From IMG/VR virus record IMGVR_UViG_3300027985_000918, positions 124,001 to 188,000 of that record: a stretch of 64,000 nt of DNA. The stretch is one strand, 5' to 3'. Shown piece by piece: positions 28,460 to 37,574 of the stretch (the first letter of the stretch is position 1; each line of letters begins with the position of its first letter). Below the pieces are notes generated by a model. The model searched no databases. It was not told the origin of the DNA and worked only from the letters and a program-made list of their open reading frames with translations. The translations under genes were made by a program, and so were the position numbers.

Positions 28460-28972
28460 TTAGTTCTCGTACTTGGCCTTCAGGGAGGCGAGTTGTTCTC
28501 GCTCCCTCTTCTCCGCAGCTTCCTTCTGGCGGGCATCCTCTTCGGCCTGACGGGCTTCCTCGGCCATCTTCTCGGCTTCCGCCTTGGCCTTGATGTCCGC
28601 CAAAACCTCCGACTGGTCGAGCCAGAGGTAGGAGGTGGGAAACCGGAAGTAGTGCCGGTCGTCCCCGCAACACCCCCGGCCGCAGGCGGGGGCCTCGGCC
28701 TGGATTTCGACCTCGTCGCTGTTGATCTCGATGGTCTTGATATGGGGGCGATATTGGAACAGGTCCTGCCACTCGGGATCGGCGGCGTACCGCTTCCAGA
28801 AATAGCTCTGGGCCAGGTTCTCCATCACGTCCTTGCTCTCCACCAGCAGGTGGATCAGGCTTTCGGATAGGTTGCTTTCGACGTACTTCTGGAGGGTTTG
28901 GTACACCTTGCCGTTGGCGTCCTCCCAGTAGGTGTCACCGTGATCATTCGTCTTCTTGGTCAGCCCTAGCAT
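28460..28972 (-). CDS. Hypothetical protein with C-terminal coiled coil
   Basis: ATGA-coupled start; ACGRGCCG motif. Confidence 0.65.
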   Translation of the reverse strand: MLGLTKKTNDHGDTYWEDANGKVYQTLQKYVESNLSESLIHLLVESKDVMENLAQSYFWKRYAADPEWQDLFQYRPHIKTIEINSDEVEIQAEAPACGRGCCGDDRHYFRFPTSYLWLDQSEVLADIKAKAEAEKMAEEARQAEEDARQKEAAEKREREQLASLKAKYEN

Positions 28973-29277
28973 CACGCAGCCCTCCGATAGCAGTTGGAAG
29001 TCTTCCGCCCCAGGAGGGGCAGTTCCAGCCGGCCAGCGTCCGTGGCGAACGCCGTGGCCTCGTTGTTCAGGTCCGGCTCCCGCCAGAGGATAGTCCTGCC
29101 TTCCTTGGGGAGGCAGGCCATGAGATCGTCCTCGGAAGGAACAGCATACACGATAACCGTTCCTCGATGAGGGCCGTGAGCGTGGCACCACTCATCCATA
29201 GCGTGGATTGCCATCGCAGCACGTCTCCCTTCGGAGAGGTCAGTGCGGGTCACGAAGTAGAGACGGTTGGGAGCCAT
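28972..29277 (-). CDS. Peptidyl-tRNA hydrolase 2 (PTH2)-like protein
   Basis: LYFVTRTDLSEGRRAAMAIHA, VIVYAV.SEDDL, WREPDLNNEATAFA, LPLL. Confidence 0.65.
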   Translation of the reverse strand: MAPNRLYFVTRTDLSEGRRAAMAIHAMDEWCHAHGPHRGTVIVYAVPSEDDLMACLPKEGRTILWREPDLNNEATAFATDAGRLELPLLGRKTSNCYRRAA

Positions 29278-29712
29278 CTACGCTGCCTCCCCCTGCTTGG
29301 CCTGCTTCTCGGTCCACTCCTTGCGGAGACGGTCCTGGAGGTCAGCGGCAGTCCCGGACTGGACGGCCATGCGCCATTCCGTCATGTACTCCAAAGCGGT
29401 CCCCATAAGAGCCTTGCGGTCCACTCCGGAACCCTCGAAGTGCATGCCCACGAGTGCCACCACCCGAGACGAGGCTGGGAACGACCAATTGGACCAGCGG
29501 GTGTTCGGGCTCTCGGAAAGAGCCGGGTGACGACCCCGGAGGATGTGGTAGGCCAGCAGGTGTTCCCTGGCATCGGAACCCACCTCATTGGCCTCAGCCT
29601 TGAGGTGGTAGCGCTCCATGTGGGAAGTCTGCCGGGCTTCGTTGCGCTTCTGGCGGCCCTCGGCGGCGAGGGTCTTGATGGCGGTCTGGATCTTGGTCAG
29701 GTACGGCTTCAT
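29278..29712 (-). CDS. Hypothetical protein
   Basis: Promoter motif at 29882-29907; ends TAG directly before the PTH2 ATG. Confidence 0.7.
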   Translation of the reverse strand: MKPYLTKIQTAIKTLAAEGRQKRNEARQTSHMERYHLKAEANEVGSDAREHLLAYHILRGRHPALSESPNTRWSNWSFPASSRVVALVGMHFEGSGVDRKALMGTALEYMTEWRMAVQSGTAADLQDRLRKEWTEKQAKQGEAA

Positions 29713-29881
29713 AGGGATTCTCCTTGTGGTTCGTTGTACCGTTTCTCGTCTCAGGAAAAGAGAAGCGGACGAACCGGAGGACCCCGGGGCCGTTGAACCT
29801 ACTCGTGGCGGAAAGCGTAACTCATGTTTAGAACCTATCCACGTTGGTGGGACGTGTCAAGCCCCCCCTGTCACACTAAAG

Positions 29882-29907
29882 CTACCCTATTCTCGGAAAT
29901 CGTTACC
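29882..29907 (-). promoter_or_regulatory. Phage promoter motif
   Basis: GGTAAC-N14-GGGTAG. Confidence 0.7.
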
Positions 29908-30728
29908 TACTCAGAATCGTTTTCCGCCACCACGAGGCCTCCTGCATAGCCCCGCTGGGCGTCCCCGTAAACCCGGTCGAGCCGGCCTTCATAGATGTCA
30001 GGACTCCCAGACAGGAACGCCTCAATGAACTCGGAAGTCGTGTGCCCGGCGATCCGAATCCAGACTTCTTCTCCCATCTGAATCGGGGCCATGACGGCCA
30101 AGCGCTGCTGGAGGGCGGCCTCCCGCAGCAACAGCCACTCCTGCTCGTCGATGCTGTGGCCAACCTTGCGGTGGAGGCGGGTGCCATAGAGTTCCACCCA
30201 TTCCGCCCGCATAAACCGAGACTGCCATTTGAAGATGCCCCGCATAACCTCTTTCAGATCCTTGTTGGAGGACCTGGCGATCTGCTCAGCGGAAAACACC
30301 ATCACGTCGTAGGAGGCCACCCCAGGACACTCGTCGCTGTAGGCAGCATGGGGGCAGTGGTCCGTGGCAGCGATCAGACGCAGACCCTCAGGGGGCTTGT
30401 CGCCCCCGCCGATGGCATCCCAAACCTGACCGAGGCTCGAAGCCTCCCAGAACTCTGCCGGGGGTCGTCCGTATCCGGGATCCCCCGGATAGTGGTGGTC
30501 CACGAAGTGGAGCGTTTCCTTGCCCGCCAGGGGGGAACACTCCACCCAGAGCTGCCCTTTCTCCACCTCGGGCCAGTCGGCTTGGTACATGTTGGAATAG
30601 GTGACGGGCTTGCCGTCCTTCTTCGCCCAGAGCACGTTCAGCCTCTTGCTAACGGCGAGTCGGGCGATGGCTTCCATCTCGGGGTCGATCACCCCCAAAA
30701 CGAGGGTGGCAGGCTTGTCAGTAAGCAT
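29907..30728 (-). CDS. DHH-motif hypothetical protein (possible phosphoesterase)
   Basis: FVDHHYPGDPGYG...ASSLGQV...ATDHCP. Confidence 0.5.
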   Translation of the reverse strand: MLTDKPATLVLGVIDPEMEAIARLAVSKRLNVLWAKKDGKPVTYSNMYQADWPEVEKGQLWVECSPLAGKETLHFVDHHYPGDPGYGRPPAEFWEASSLGQVWDAIGGGDKPPEGLRLIAATDHCPHAAYSDECPGVASYDVMVFSAEQIARSSNKDLKEVMRGIFKWQSRFMRAEWVELYGTRLHRKVGHSIDEQEWLLLREAALQQRLAVMAPIQMGEEVWIRIAGHTTSEFIEAFLSGSPDIYEGRLDRVYGDAQRGYAGGLVVAENDSE

Positions 30729-30810
30729 CCCGGTCTCTCTTCCAGCAGTTGAACCACCTTGTGACTCAACATAGGTGGTCTACCGTGTAGGCGGAAAGGG
30801 GGGGTACTGC

Positions 30811-31599
30811 TCAGAGGGTCTTGGCGGCGTTCACGTACTCCGCATCGGTGACCGAATCCTCCTCGATCCTTTGCCTCAAGGCGAGGAGGGAGGCCATCGG
30901 CTGAGGCTCGACGGGAATAGCGGCCACCATGTCGAATTCGGCGGCGAACTCCGACAGGGCATCCTGTTCCAGAACTTCGTGCTCGACCTCGGACATCACC
31001 CAGGCGTTGCCGGAGTTGGCCTCGGCGGCGACTCGGGTGCGGCCCTGGGCGTTGGTGATCTGCTCGTTGAGGCTCTTCTCCAGGTCGGAGAGCCCCTGCC
31101 CGTCCGGGTTGAACGTCAGCTCGGAAGCCATCTCCGAGAGCTTGGCCTGGGCGTTTGCCATTTCCGCCTGGGAGATCTTGCCCCTGACCGTTTCGATCTT
31201 CGTCATCGACTGCTTGACGAAGATGTCCCTCTGACGGGTGAGCTGCTGGAACTGCTCTTCGGCGGCCTGGAGCTGGCGCTCGTTCTCGGTGATGTTGGCC
31301 TGTACCATCTTGCGTTGGCCGGCGAGTTGGCCGGCAAGGGTGGCTTTGCCAGCCTTCATGAGGGCCTTGATTCGGATTACGAGTTGGGCTTCTTTGGCCC
31401 GATCGTCCTGAAGCTGAAGCTCCAGGCGGCGGCGGAAGGCATCCTGTTTCGCCAGATTCTGGTTGAACGTCGCCTGGTTCTTCTGAAACTCCTGGATGTG
31501 CGCATCCAGAAGGGCCTTCGGGTTCGACTTCTCGATCCCGCCGATGAACAGGCCGAGGAACCCTCGGATGAGTCGCATGATGCGTCGGAAGAAACTCAT
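30811..31599 (-). CDS. pspA: PspA/IM30 (ESCRT-III-like) family protein
   Basis: Amphipathic MSFFRRIMRLIRG, ExxNPKALL, long coiled coil, LAGQL, AQAKL...F. Confidence 0.8.
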   Translation of the reverse strand: MSFFRRIMRLIRGFLGLFIGGIEKSNPKALLDAHIQEFQKNQATFNQNLAKQDAFRRRLELQLQDDRAKEAQLVIRIKALMKAGKATLAGQLAGQRKMVQANITENERQLQAAEEQFQQLTRQRDIFVKQSMTKIETVRGKISQAEMANAQAKLSEMASELTFNPDGQGLSDLEKSLNEQITNAQGRTRVAAEANSGNAWVMSEVEHEVLEQDALSEFAAEFDMVAAIPVEPQPMASLLALRQRIEEDSVTDAEYVNAAKTL

Positions 31600-31659
31600 G
31601 GATGTTCTCTCCTTGTCCCTTTTCAGTGATGGGCCCTAGCCGGGGCCGGGATGGAAGCT

Positions 31660-31685
31660 CTACCCGACCCCGGGTGATCGTTACC
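31660..31685 (-). promoter_or_regulatory. Phage promoter motif upstream of pspA
   Basis: GGTAAC-N14-GGGTAG. Confidence 0.75.
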
Positions 31686-31696
31686 TGGTTGGGGGT

Positions 31697-34318
31697 CTAC
31701 CAGCCGTCGGAACCACCGAAGCTGCCACCGCCCCCGCCGAAGCTGCTGGAGCTGCCCCAGGAGCTACCCCCGCCGAAGCTGCTGGTGCTGCCCCAGGAGC
31801 TGCCTCCTCCGAAGCTGCTGGTGCTGCTGTGGTACCTGGACCGGCGGCGACGGTCCTCTTCTTCCTGCCGCCGCCGACGGTGCCGGGCCTCCTCCTCCCG
31901 GCGGCGCTCTTCCTCCCGGCGGAGGCGGGCTTGCTCTTCCTCGTACCTCTGCCGGGCGGTGCGAACCAGGCGGTCCCACCCCTTCTCCTGGGAATCGAGG
32001 GACAGCAGGAGAGCAGCGTAGTCCACCAGACCCCGGCCGACGAGGGGTGCCTGGTAGCTGAGGTTGGCAGTTCCCCCGAATTCCCGGATCTTGTGGGCCT
32101 TGCTGGACCGCAGGGACTCCATCTGGCTCAGCTTCTTCTCGAAGGCAGCCTTGCGGCGGTCGAGGGTCTTGCAGTGGGCGCTTGCATCGTTGAAAGAGGC
32201 CTTGGCCTTCTCCCAGGACCGCTGGGCGTCGGAGAACAGCCGGCAGGCGTCCAGGTGCCGGTTGGCGGCCACAGCCTCCTCGGCGGAGGTAAACTCGATG
32301 GAAGCCCCAGACTGGGCGATTTCACCGGCCTCGATGTTCCGGTTGGCTTGGAGCATGTCCGTGTGGACCTGACGGGCGGAAGACACCGCCAAGTTGGCGG
32401 CTCGGAAAGCCAGGGCTGCGTTTTGACGTGCGTCCTCAGCACCCTTGCGAGCAGCGGCGATGCCACGGACGGCGGCCTGAATCTCAGCCACCTGCCCCCG
32501 CACCTTGCGATACAGGGTCTCTACCCTGTCGGCTTGTACCTGAAGGGCCTTGATGTCCTTGCTGGAGGCGGCTGTCTGGAGCATCGCTTGGAAGCGGTCT
32601 TCAGCACTCATGGCGGTGTCGAGGGTGACCTTCGGATCGTTCTTCGGGTCCACCCTGGTGTCGATGTCCTCGTACTGCGTGACCCGGGACTTCTCCACTC
32701 TCTGGATGATCTCGGAGACTTCCTGGATGCGAGCCAGGATGGCGGTCTCCATCTCGGCCAGCTCTTCCAGCCGCTTCAGGTAGGCCAGAGGATCCGCCCA
32801 GCGGACGGAGTTGATCGTCTGGTAGAAGGCGGCATCGGACTCGTCGTCTCCGTAGAGGGGGTGGTCATCCACCCAGGTGTTGGGCATACCAGCCGCCTCG
32901 CACATCTTGAACAGACGATCCATCGTGCGGTGCGGGAAGGCCTTCTCTGCTTCCTGCATCCGTGCCTCGGCGGCCCGCTTAAGAGTGTCCCAGCCCTCCT
33001 TGGCTTTCCGGAACGTATTCGCCTGCTCGGCGGCGAACTTGATTGGGTCCACGGTGATCTTGACGGTTTCCCCGCCGAACAAGTCGGACGAGTTGACTTC
33101 TGCGGTGTCCATCGAGAAAGGCTCGGCAAGGGCGGCCAAGGCATCCCGCAGAGGCTGAACCTTGAAGAAAGTGGCAGTCCTGCCTAGTTCCTCACAGCGG
33201 CGGACGTGCCGTTCCAACCCAAGGATGTTCATGTAGATGGTGTCGATGGAGGAAGTGACCCAGTCGTACAACTTGCGGGTCTCCCCCACTACGTCATCGA
33301 AGGCGACCAAGTCCTCACGGTCTTTGAAATGGAATTCGGTGTACTTGGCCTGAGCATGGGACAGCTTCTCGTCCCACTCCCTGAGTGCCGTCTCCAGGTT
33401 TTCCCGAAGCACGGTGAACAGGACAAAGCGGCGGTAGAGCAGCCGCAACAGGAACCCAAGGACAATTGGAAAAGCCAGGATCGCCAAAGTCAGCAGCAAG
33501 ATTTTGAGGATCAGAGCAAACTGGGCCTGCTGAACGGAGAGCCGCAATGGCTCCATGCTGGTGTTCAGCTCCTGGGTGGCCTGGATAAGGGTGTCGGGGT
33601 CCGTAGAGTCTTTCACCGCCAGGGCCTGCTGGTAGGCGGCCTCGTAGGCCCCCACTCCCGTCGAAGGGTGATGTTGACGGGCGGCCAGCAGGCCTTGGGC
33701 CTTCCCGAGCATCTCCAGATAGTTTGTTTGAGCGGCCCGGAATTTTCGGGCAGCGATCTGCACAGGGTCAATCTGCGGCCAGACCCGGGAGATAGCGGCC
33801 CGGAGGGTGTTGATGATTCCCCCCTTCAAATCCTGGGGGCTCTTCGCCACCTTCGGGATGAAGTATGCCTTCCGGTCAGAACTCTGGGTGGAATGGGGGT
33901 ACACGGCCCCCAACGTCTCCGGCATGGAGAATCCCACCTGGCAGAAATCTTTGCCCGAACGCCGGTAAAACGGCTTTCTGTCGCAGTCCGAGGACCAAGC
34001 CACGGTCAGGATCAGGAACCGCTCGGAGTCCAAACCCTGGCTGGCCCACTTGGTGGCGAACCCGTCCCCGAGGATGTGAGGCTCGATGCGGTAACCGTCC
34101 GAGTTGACCAGCACGACATAGCTGGGGATCGGCAGGGTGCGGGCGAACTCCTCTACGGCTTGGGCCTGGGGGATCCCAAACCCTGTGGGGAAGAACCCCT
34201 CCGGCGAGCTGTAGACGTGAACGCCCTGTTGGAACTCCGGGGTCGCCGGGGCCGCTTGGGCGAGGGGTGTGGCAGCCAATACGGCCAAGGCTAGGAAGCT
34301 CCGGATGAACCGTTTCAT
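31697..34318 (-). CDS. Secreted TPM-like domain + TM helix + long coiled coil + Gly/Ser-rich tail ending GW
   Basis: Signal peptide ALAVLAATPLAQA; TM ALILKILLLTLAILAFPIVLGFLL; tail GGGSSWGSTSSFGG...GGSDGW typical of TPM (DUF477) proteins. Confidence 0.65.
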   Translation of the reverse strand: MKRFIRSFLALAVLAATPLAQAAPATPEFQQGVHVYSSPEGFFPTGFGIPQAQAVEEFARTLPIPSYVVLVNSDGYRIEPHILGDGFATKWASQGLDSERFLILTVAWSSDCDRKPFYRRSGKDFCQVGFSMPETLGAVYPHSTQSSDRKAYFIPKVAKSPQDLKGGIINTLRAAISRVWPQIDPVQIAARKFRAAQTNYLEMLGKAQGLLAARQHHPSTGVGAYEAAYQQALAVKDSTDPDTLIQATQELNTSMEPLRLSVQQAQFALILKILLLTLAILAFPIVLGFLLRLLYRRFVLFTVLRENLETALREWDEKLSHAQAKYTEFHFKDREDLVAFDDVVGETRKLYDWVTSSIDTIYMNILGLERHVRRCEELGRTATFFKVQPLRDALAALAEPFSMDTAEVNSSDLFGGETVKITVDPIKFAAEQANTFRKAKEGWDTLKRAAEARMQEAEKAFPHRTMDRLFKMCEAAGMPNTWVDDHPLYGDDESDAAFYQTINSVRWADPLAYLKRLEELAEMETAILARIQEVSEIIQRVEKSRVTQYEDIDTRVDPKNDPKVTLDTAMSAEDRFQAMLQTAASSKDIKALQVQADRVETLYRKVRGQVAEIQAAVRGIAAARKGAEDARQNAALAFRAANLAVSSARQVHTDMLQANRNIEAGEIAQSGASIEFTSAEEAVAANRHLDACRLFSDAQRSWEKAKASFNDASAHCKTLDRRKAAFEKKLSQMESLRSSKAHKIREFGGTANLSYQAPLVGRGLVDYAALLLSLDSQEKGWDRLVRTARQRYEEEQARLRREEERRREEEARHRRRRQEEEDRRRRSRYHSSTSSFGGGSSWGSTSSFGGGSSWGSSSSFGGGGGSFGGSDGW
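31737..31827. repeat. 36-bp tandem repeat (2.5 copies) encoding GGGSSWGS(T/S)SSF
   Basis: CCGAAGCTGCTGG(A/T)GCTGCCCCAGGAGCT at 31737 and 31773; partial copy at 31809. Confidence 0.85.
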
Positions 34319-34358
34319 GATGCTTTCGTCCTTCGTTGAAGGGTAGTTCTCGGCCCCT

Positions 34359-34385
34359 CTACCCCAAAATAGATGTGCTGTTACC
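34359..34385 (-). promoter_or_regulatory. Phage promoter motif upstream of the TPM gene
   Basis: GGTAAC-N15-GGGTAG. Confidence 0.7.
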
Positions 34386-34402
34386 TACTTGACGGAACGC
34401 AG

Positions 34403-34477
34403 TGCGCCCGGGGGGACTCGAACCCCCGCATCACCAAGTTTTAGAGACTCGGGCTCTAACCTCTGAGCTACGGGCGC
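34403..34477 (-). tRNA. tRNA with anticodon CUA (amber suppressor type); CCA not encoded
   Basis: Acceptor GCGCCCG/CGGGCGC, D stem GCTC/GAGC, anticodon stem CGAGT/ACTTG with loop CT-CTA-AA (anticodon 34444-34442), T stem GGGGG/CCCCC with TTCGAGT, discriminator A. Confidence 0.9.
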
Positions 34478-34515
34478 ATACTGGGGCCTCGTGGCCCCGT
34501 CGTTGTTCGGGGGGA

Positions 34516-34542
34516 CTACTTCGGCACCCTCCTGCTGTTACC
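34516..34542 (-). promoter_or_regulatory. Phage promoter motif upstream of tRNA(CUA)
   Basis: GGTAAC-N15-AAGTAG. Confidence 0.7.
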
Positions 34543-34656
34543 AGGCTTTCATCGAAAAGCCCTAACTAACCGAACAGGAAAGGTTATTCAATTTCCCGGG
34601 GGGTGCCTATGTAGAGGAGAGCCAACCAAAACTGGCGGCTGAGAGGGGAAAAGAGA

Positions 34657-35085
34657 TCAGGTGGGCTCTAGGCGGGGGAGTAGCACCACTCCCCCCCAGT
34701 ACCTCTTCATGGTGCGGAGGGCCGCCTCAGACAGAGGTTTCGCCACGTAGCTGTTCGCTCCCCCCTGATACCCTCGAAGGATGTCCGTATCGGACTTGCT
34801 GGCCGTCATGACGACCACGGGGATATGGCTCAACAGAGGGTCCTTGCGGATCTGGGCAAGAGCCTCATGTCCCCCCATCCTTGGCATCTTCAAATCCAGT
34901 AGGATCATGTCGGGCAGGGTTTTAGAGGGGTCCCTCAGCCTCTCCAGCAATTCCACTCCATCCTTGACCCTCTCCAGCTTGTTCGGACTCTGGCACTCGT
35001 CGAAGCTGTCAGCTATGAGCATCCAGTCTTCATCGTCATCTTCGGCAAAAAGAAGCAGCGGGTTGCGTTTTGAAGCTGTGAGCAT
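34657..35085 (-). CDS. Single-domain response regulator (Rcp1-like)
   Basis: FAEDD, PDMILLDLKMP, VVMTAS, GANSYVAKP. Confidence 0.9.
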   Translation of the reverse strand: MLTASKRNPLLLFAEDDDEDWMLIADSFDECQSPNKLERVKDGVELLERLRDPSKTLPDMILLDLKMPRMGGHEALAQIRKDPLLSHIPVVVMTASKSDTDILRGYQGGANSYVAKPLSEAALRTMKRYWGGVVLLPRLEPT

Positions 35086-35089
35086 GGGA

Positions 35090-36253
35090 TCAATCCACCT
35101 TTCTCTTTGGGAGGCCAACGTGGAACGTGGCCCCTTCTCCGGGCATAGCCTCGCAGTCGATCCAGCCTTGGTGACGATCTAGAATCTTCTTCACCAGTGC
35201 CAGACCGATGCCCGTGCCCGGATAGTCAAACCGGGTGTGAAGCCTCTCGAAGAGCTGGAACACCTTGTCTTTGAATGCCATGTCGAACCCGATCCCGTTG
35301 TCCGACACTGAAATCACCCAGTCCTCGTCGGTCTCCTGGGCGGTGAACTGGATCAAGGGCACCCTGTCGGGGTGCCGGAACTTGATGCTGTTGCTGATCA
35401 GGTTCTGAAGCACGGTCCGCATCTGGTAGCGGTCTGCCCAGACGGTAGGTAGGTCCTGTGCCAAAACCCGGGCATTGGCCTGTTCGATGGGGATGGCCAG
35501 GTCTTCCAGAATGCTGCGGAGGATCTTGTTGAGGTCCACTGCCTCAAAGGGGTCTTCCAGCCTCCCCACCCGGCTGTAGGACAGGAGGTCATCCATCAAC
35601 GACTGCATGCGCTCCGTGGCGTTCAACATCACGTCGATATATGACTGCCCCTTGTCGTCCAGCACTTCGGCGTACTTCTCCTTGAGCCTTTGGCCGAAGG
35701 CCCTCACTTTGAGCAGGGGTTCTCGGAGGTCATGGCTGGCAGCGTAAGCGAACTGACGTAGCTCATCGTTGGACAGTTGAAGCTCTTCCGTCCGGGCCCT
35801 CACTAGAGCTTCCAAATCCTGGACATTCCCTCGATGCTCCGTCACATCCCGTACCAGGACTAGGCACTCGTCCTCATGACTGCGGGCGAACCGAGCCTCG
35901 AACACGGAATTAGGATGATTGGGGACCTTGAACTCCCAGGTGATTACCTCTCCAGTGTCCATCGCTTGGAGGGCTTTATGCAGGGTGGCGTTTGCGAATT
36001 CCGGCCTGCCTACATCGAGAACCCGCCGGCCGATAACGTTCTGGTGATCCGCCAAGGGGGAGGCATTCAGCCCCGGCGCCATGTCGGCATAGAACCCTTC
36101 TCGGGTGATGATGCAGATCAGGTCGGGAGAGGCAATGCGGAGGGCATCCAGACGACCGGGATCATTGACTCGGCCGTAAGAGGGATCCTGCTGGCACCGA
36201 TTCAGAAACGGACAGCTCTTGCCCTGCAGGCACCAGTCGGGAGAACTGGACAT
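35090..36253 (-). CDS. PAS-domain sensor histidine kinase (Cph1/BphP-type transmitter)
   Basis: FAYAASHDLREPL (H box), QNLISNSIKF (N), SDNGIGF (G1), FQLFERLH (F), GTGIGLA (G2). Confidence 0.92.
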   Translation of the reverse strand: MSSSPDWCLQGKSCPFLNRCQQDPSYGRVNDPGRLDALRIASPDLICIITREGFYADMAPGLNASPLADHQNVIGRRVLDVGRPEFANATLHKALQAMDTGEVITWEFKVPNHPNSVFEARFARSHEDECLVLVRDVTEHRGNVQDLEALVRARTEELQLSNDELRQFAYAASHDLREPLLKVRAFGQRLKEKYAEVLDDKGQSYIDVMLNATERMQSLMDDLLSYSRVGRLEDPFEAVDLNKILRSILEDLAIPIEQANARVLAQDLPTVWADRYQMRTVLQNLISNSIKFRHPDRVPLIQFTAQETDEDWVISVSDNGIGFDMAFKDKVFQLFERLHTRFDYPGTGIGLALVKKILDRHQGWIDCEAMPGEGATFHVGLPKRKVD

Positions 36254-36257
36254 GCCC

Positions 36258-37013
36258 TCACCCTACACTCTTGAGCGCCCGGATGGCTTCGACATCCACC
36301 ACCTGGACCAGGAGGGTTAGAAGAACCACGATGGTGATCAAACCCAGGAACAACATAACCGAAGCGACAGGGTGCAATGTGACCCATTCGGCCGTGTCCC
36401 GGACCCTATCCCAAGGGGTCTTCTTGATATTCTTGAGGATCTCTTCCTTTTGCTGGTCCAGCTTGACATCCAAGCGGCCGAACCCCTCTTTGAACTCGGA
36501 CCTCAGCTCACTTAGCTGAAAGGCAGTGCTGGTCTGAGCGGACGCACCCTCTCGGGTAAGGGATACTAGCTCCTGAACCTGGAGACCCACCCCTCCTGAT
36601 TCCGAGCCGTTTCGGATCTGCCTCTCATGTAGCCCGATGGCGTACAGGCAGGTCCGCTCCAGGAGGTCAGACGAGAAAGTCCCCTTCTCCAAGAATTCCG
36701 CCACCCCCGCCTCCAGAGCTTCATCCTGGAGACGGCGGTCCCCGTGGCTGGTGATAAGCACCACGGGGATGTGAAAATGCAGTCGCACCATCTCGGACAG
36801 CAGATCCATTCCGGACTGGTCGGGGAGACGATAGTCAAGGAGCATCACGTCGTAGCGGTGCTTCTTGACCTTCTCCAGGGCGGCGGCGGCGGTTTCGACG
36901 GCATCCACGCCAAACTTGGCCCGCTTGGAGTCATCGAGCAGGTCGATGACCAGCCGGGCGTCGTCCCGGTCGTCCTCAACCAACAGCACTCGAACAGTTG
37001 CGGGCGGGGGCAT
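36258..37013 (-). CDS. Receiver (REC) domain fused to coiled coil and C-terminal TM anchor
   Basis: LLVEDD, LLDYRLP, LITS, FLEKG; C-terminal VASVMLFLGLITIVVLLTLLVQV. Confidence 0.85.
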   Translation of the reverse strand: MPPPATVRVLLVEDDRDDARLVIDLLDDSKRAKFGVDAVETAAAALEKVKKHRYDVMLLDYRLPDQSGMDLLSEMVRLHFHIPVVLITSHGDRRLQDEALEAGVAEFLEKGTFSSDLLERTCLYAIGLHERQIRNGSESGGVGLQVQELVSLTREGASAQTSTAFQLSELRSEFKEGFGRLDVKLDQQKEEILKNIKKTPWDRVRDTAEWVTLHPVASVMLFLGLITIVVLLTLLVQVVDVEAIRALKSVG

Positions 37014-37160
37014 GTCTCGAACCTCCAAAAACAGCAGGACCCTCCTAAGTTGGGGCCGCTACCACGTATGGATTATCGAGCATCTACCATTCTCGGGGCC
37101 GACTTCACGATAGTGGTCCCTAGTCCCCCATCTTCTGGCCAGTGTTGTGATCCCTCACAG

Positions 37161-37553
37161 CTATTTCCGCAGCACGAGATCGAGAGATTCCTCAGTCAGA
37201 TCATCTCTACAGACAAGGTTCTGAAGCTCTCGACAGAGCCGGCGCCACCAATAGATGCGATCCCGATCCCCATAATCGCACATCCCCACGTCAATACGGG
37301 GGGACCCTTTCCGGCGTTTCCTGCAGTTGCAGTACCATACGGTACTCTTTTTGAGGCGACCGGGCTCTTCTGCCCGGAAGTTGGTCCCGTAGGCCACCCG
37401 AGTCCAGTCCCGTACTCGGCGTTCACAGATGCGAAGGGTGGCAGCCCTCCGGGCTGCTCTCTTTGATGTCTCTTCCATTGTTCTTCTCCGCATGCGGGCG
37501 CTACCCGCCCGGGTATGTTGGGATGCGGGGAGAGGGGTGAAGATGCTGGTCAT
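37161..37553 (-). CDS. Basic hypothetical protein
   Basis: Arg-rich ORF with CNC/C residues. Confidence 0.5.
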   Translation of the reverse strand: MTSIFTPLPASQHTRAGSARMRRRTMEETSKRAARRAATLRICERRVRDWTRVAYGTNFRAEEPGRLKKSTVWYCNCRKRRKGSPRIDVGMCDYGDRDRIYWWRRLCRELQNLVCRDDLTEESLDLVLRK

Positions 37554-37574
37554 GGACTTCTCTGTTCGGGTCAG

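Noticed and set aside
34403-34477. Reading the tRNA as Arg(UCU) or as tRNA-Pyl
   Set aside because: The UCU register breaks the anticodon stem and puts C at position 33; Pyl hallmarks (short D loop, no GG/TTC) are absent, and no pyl genes are seen
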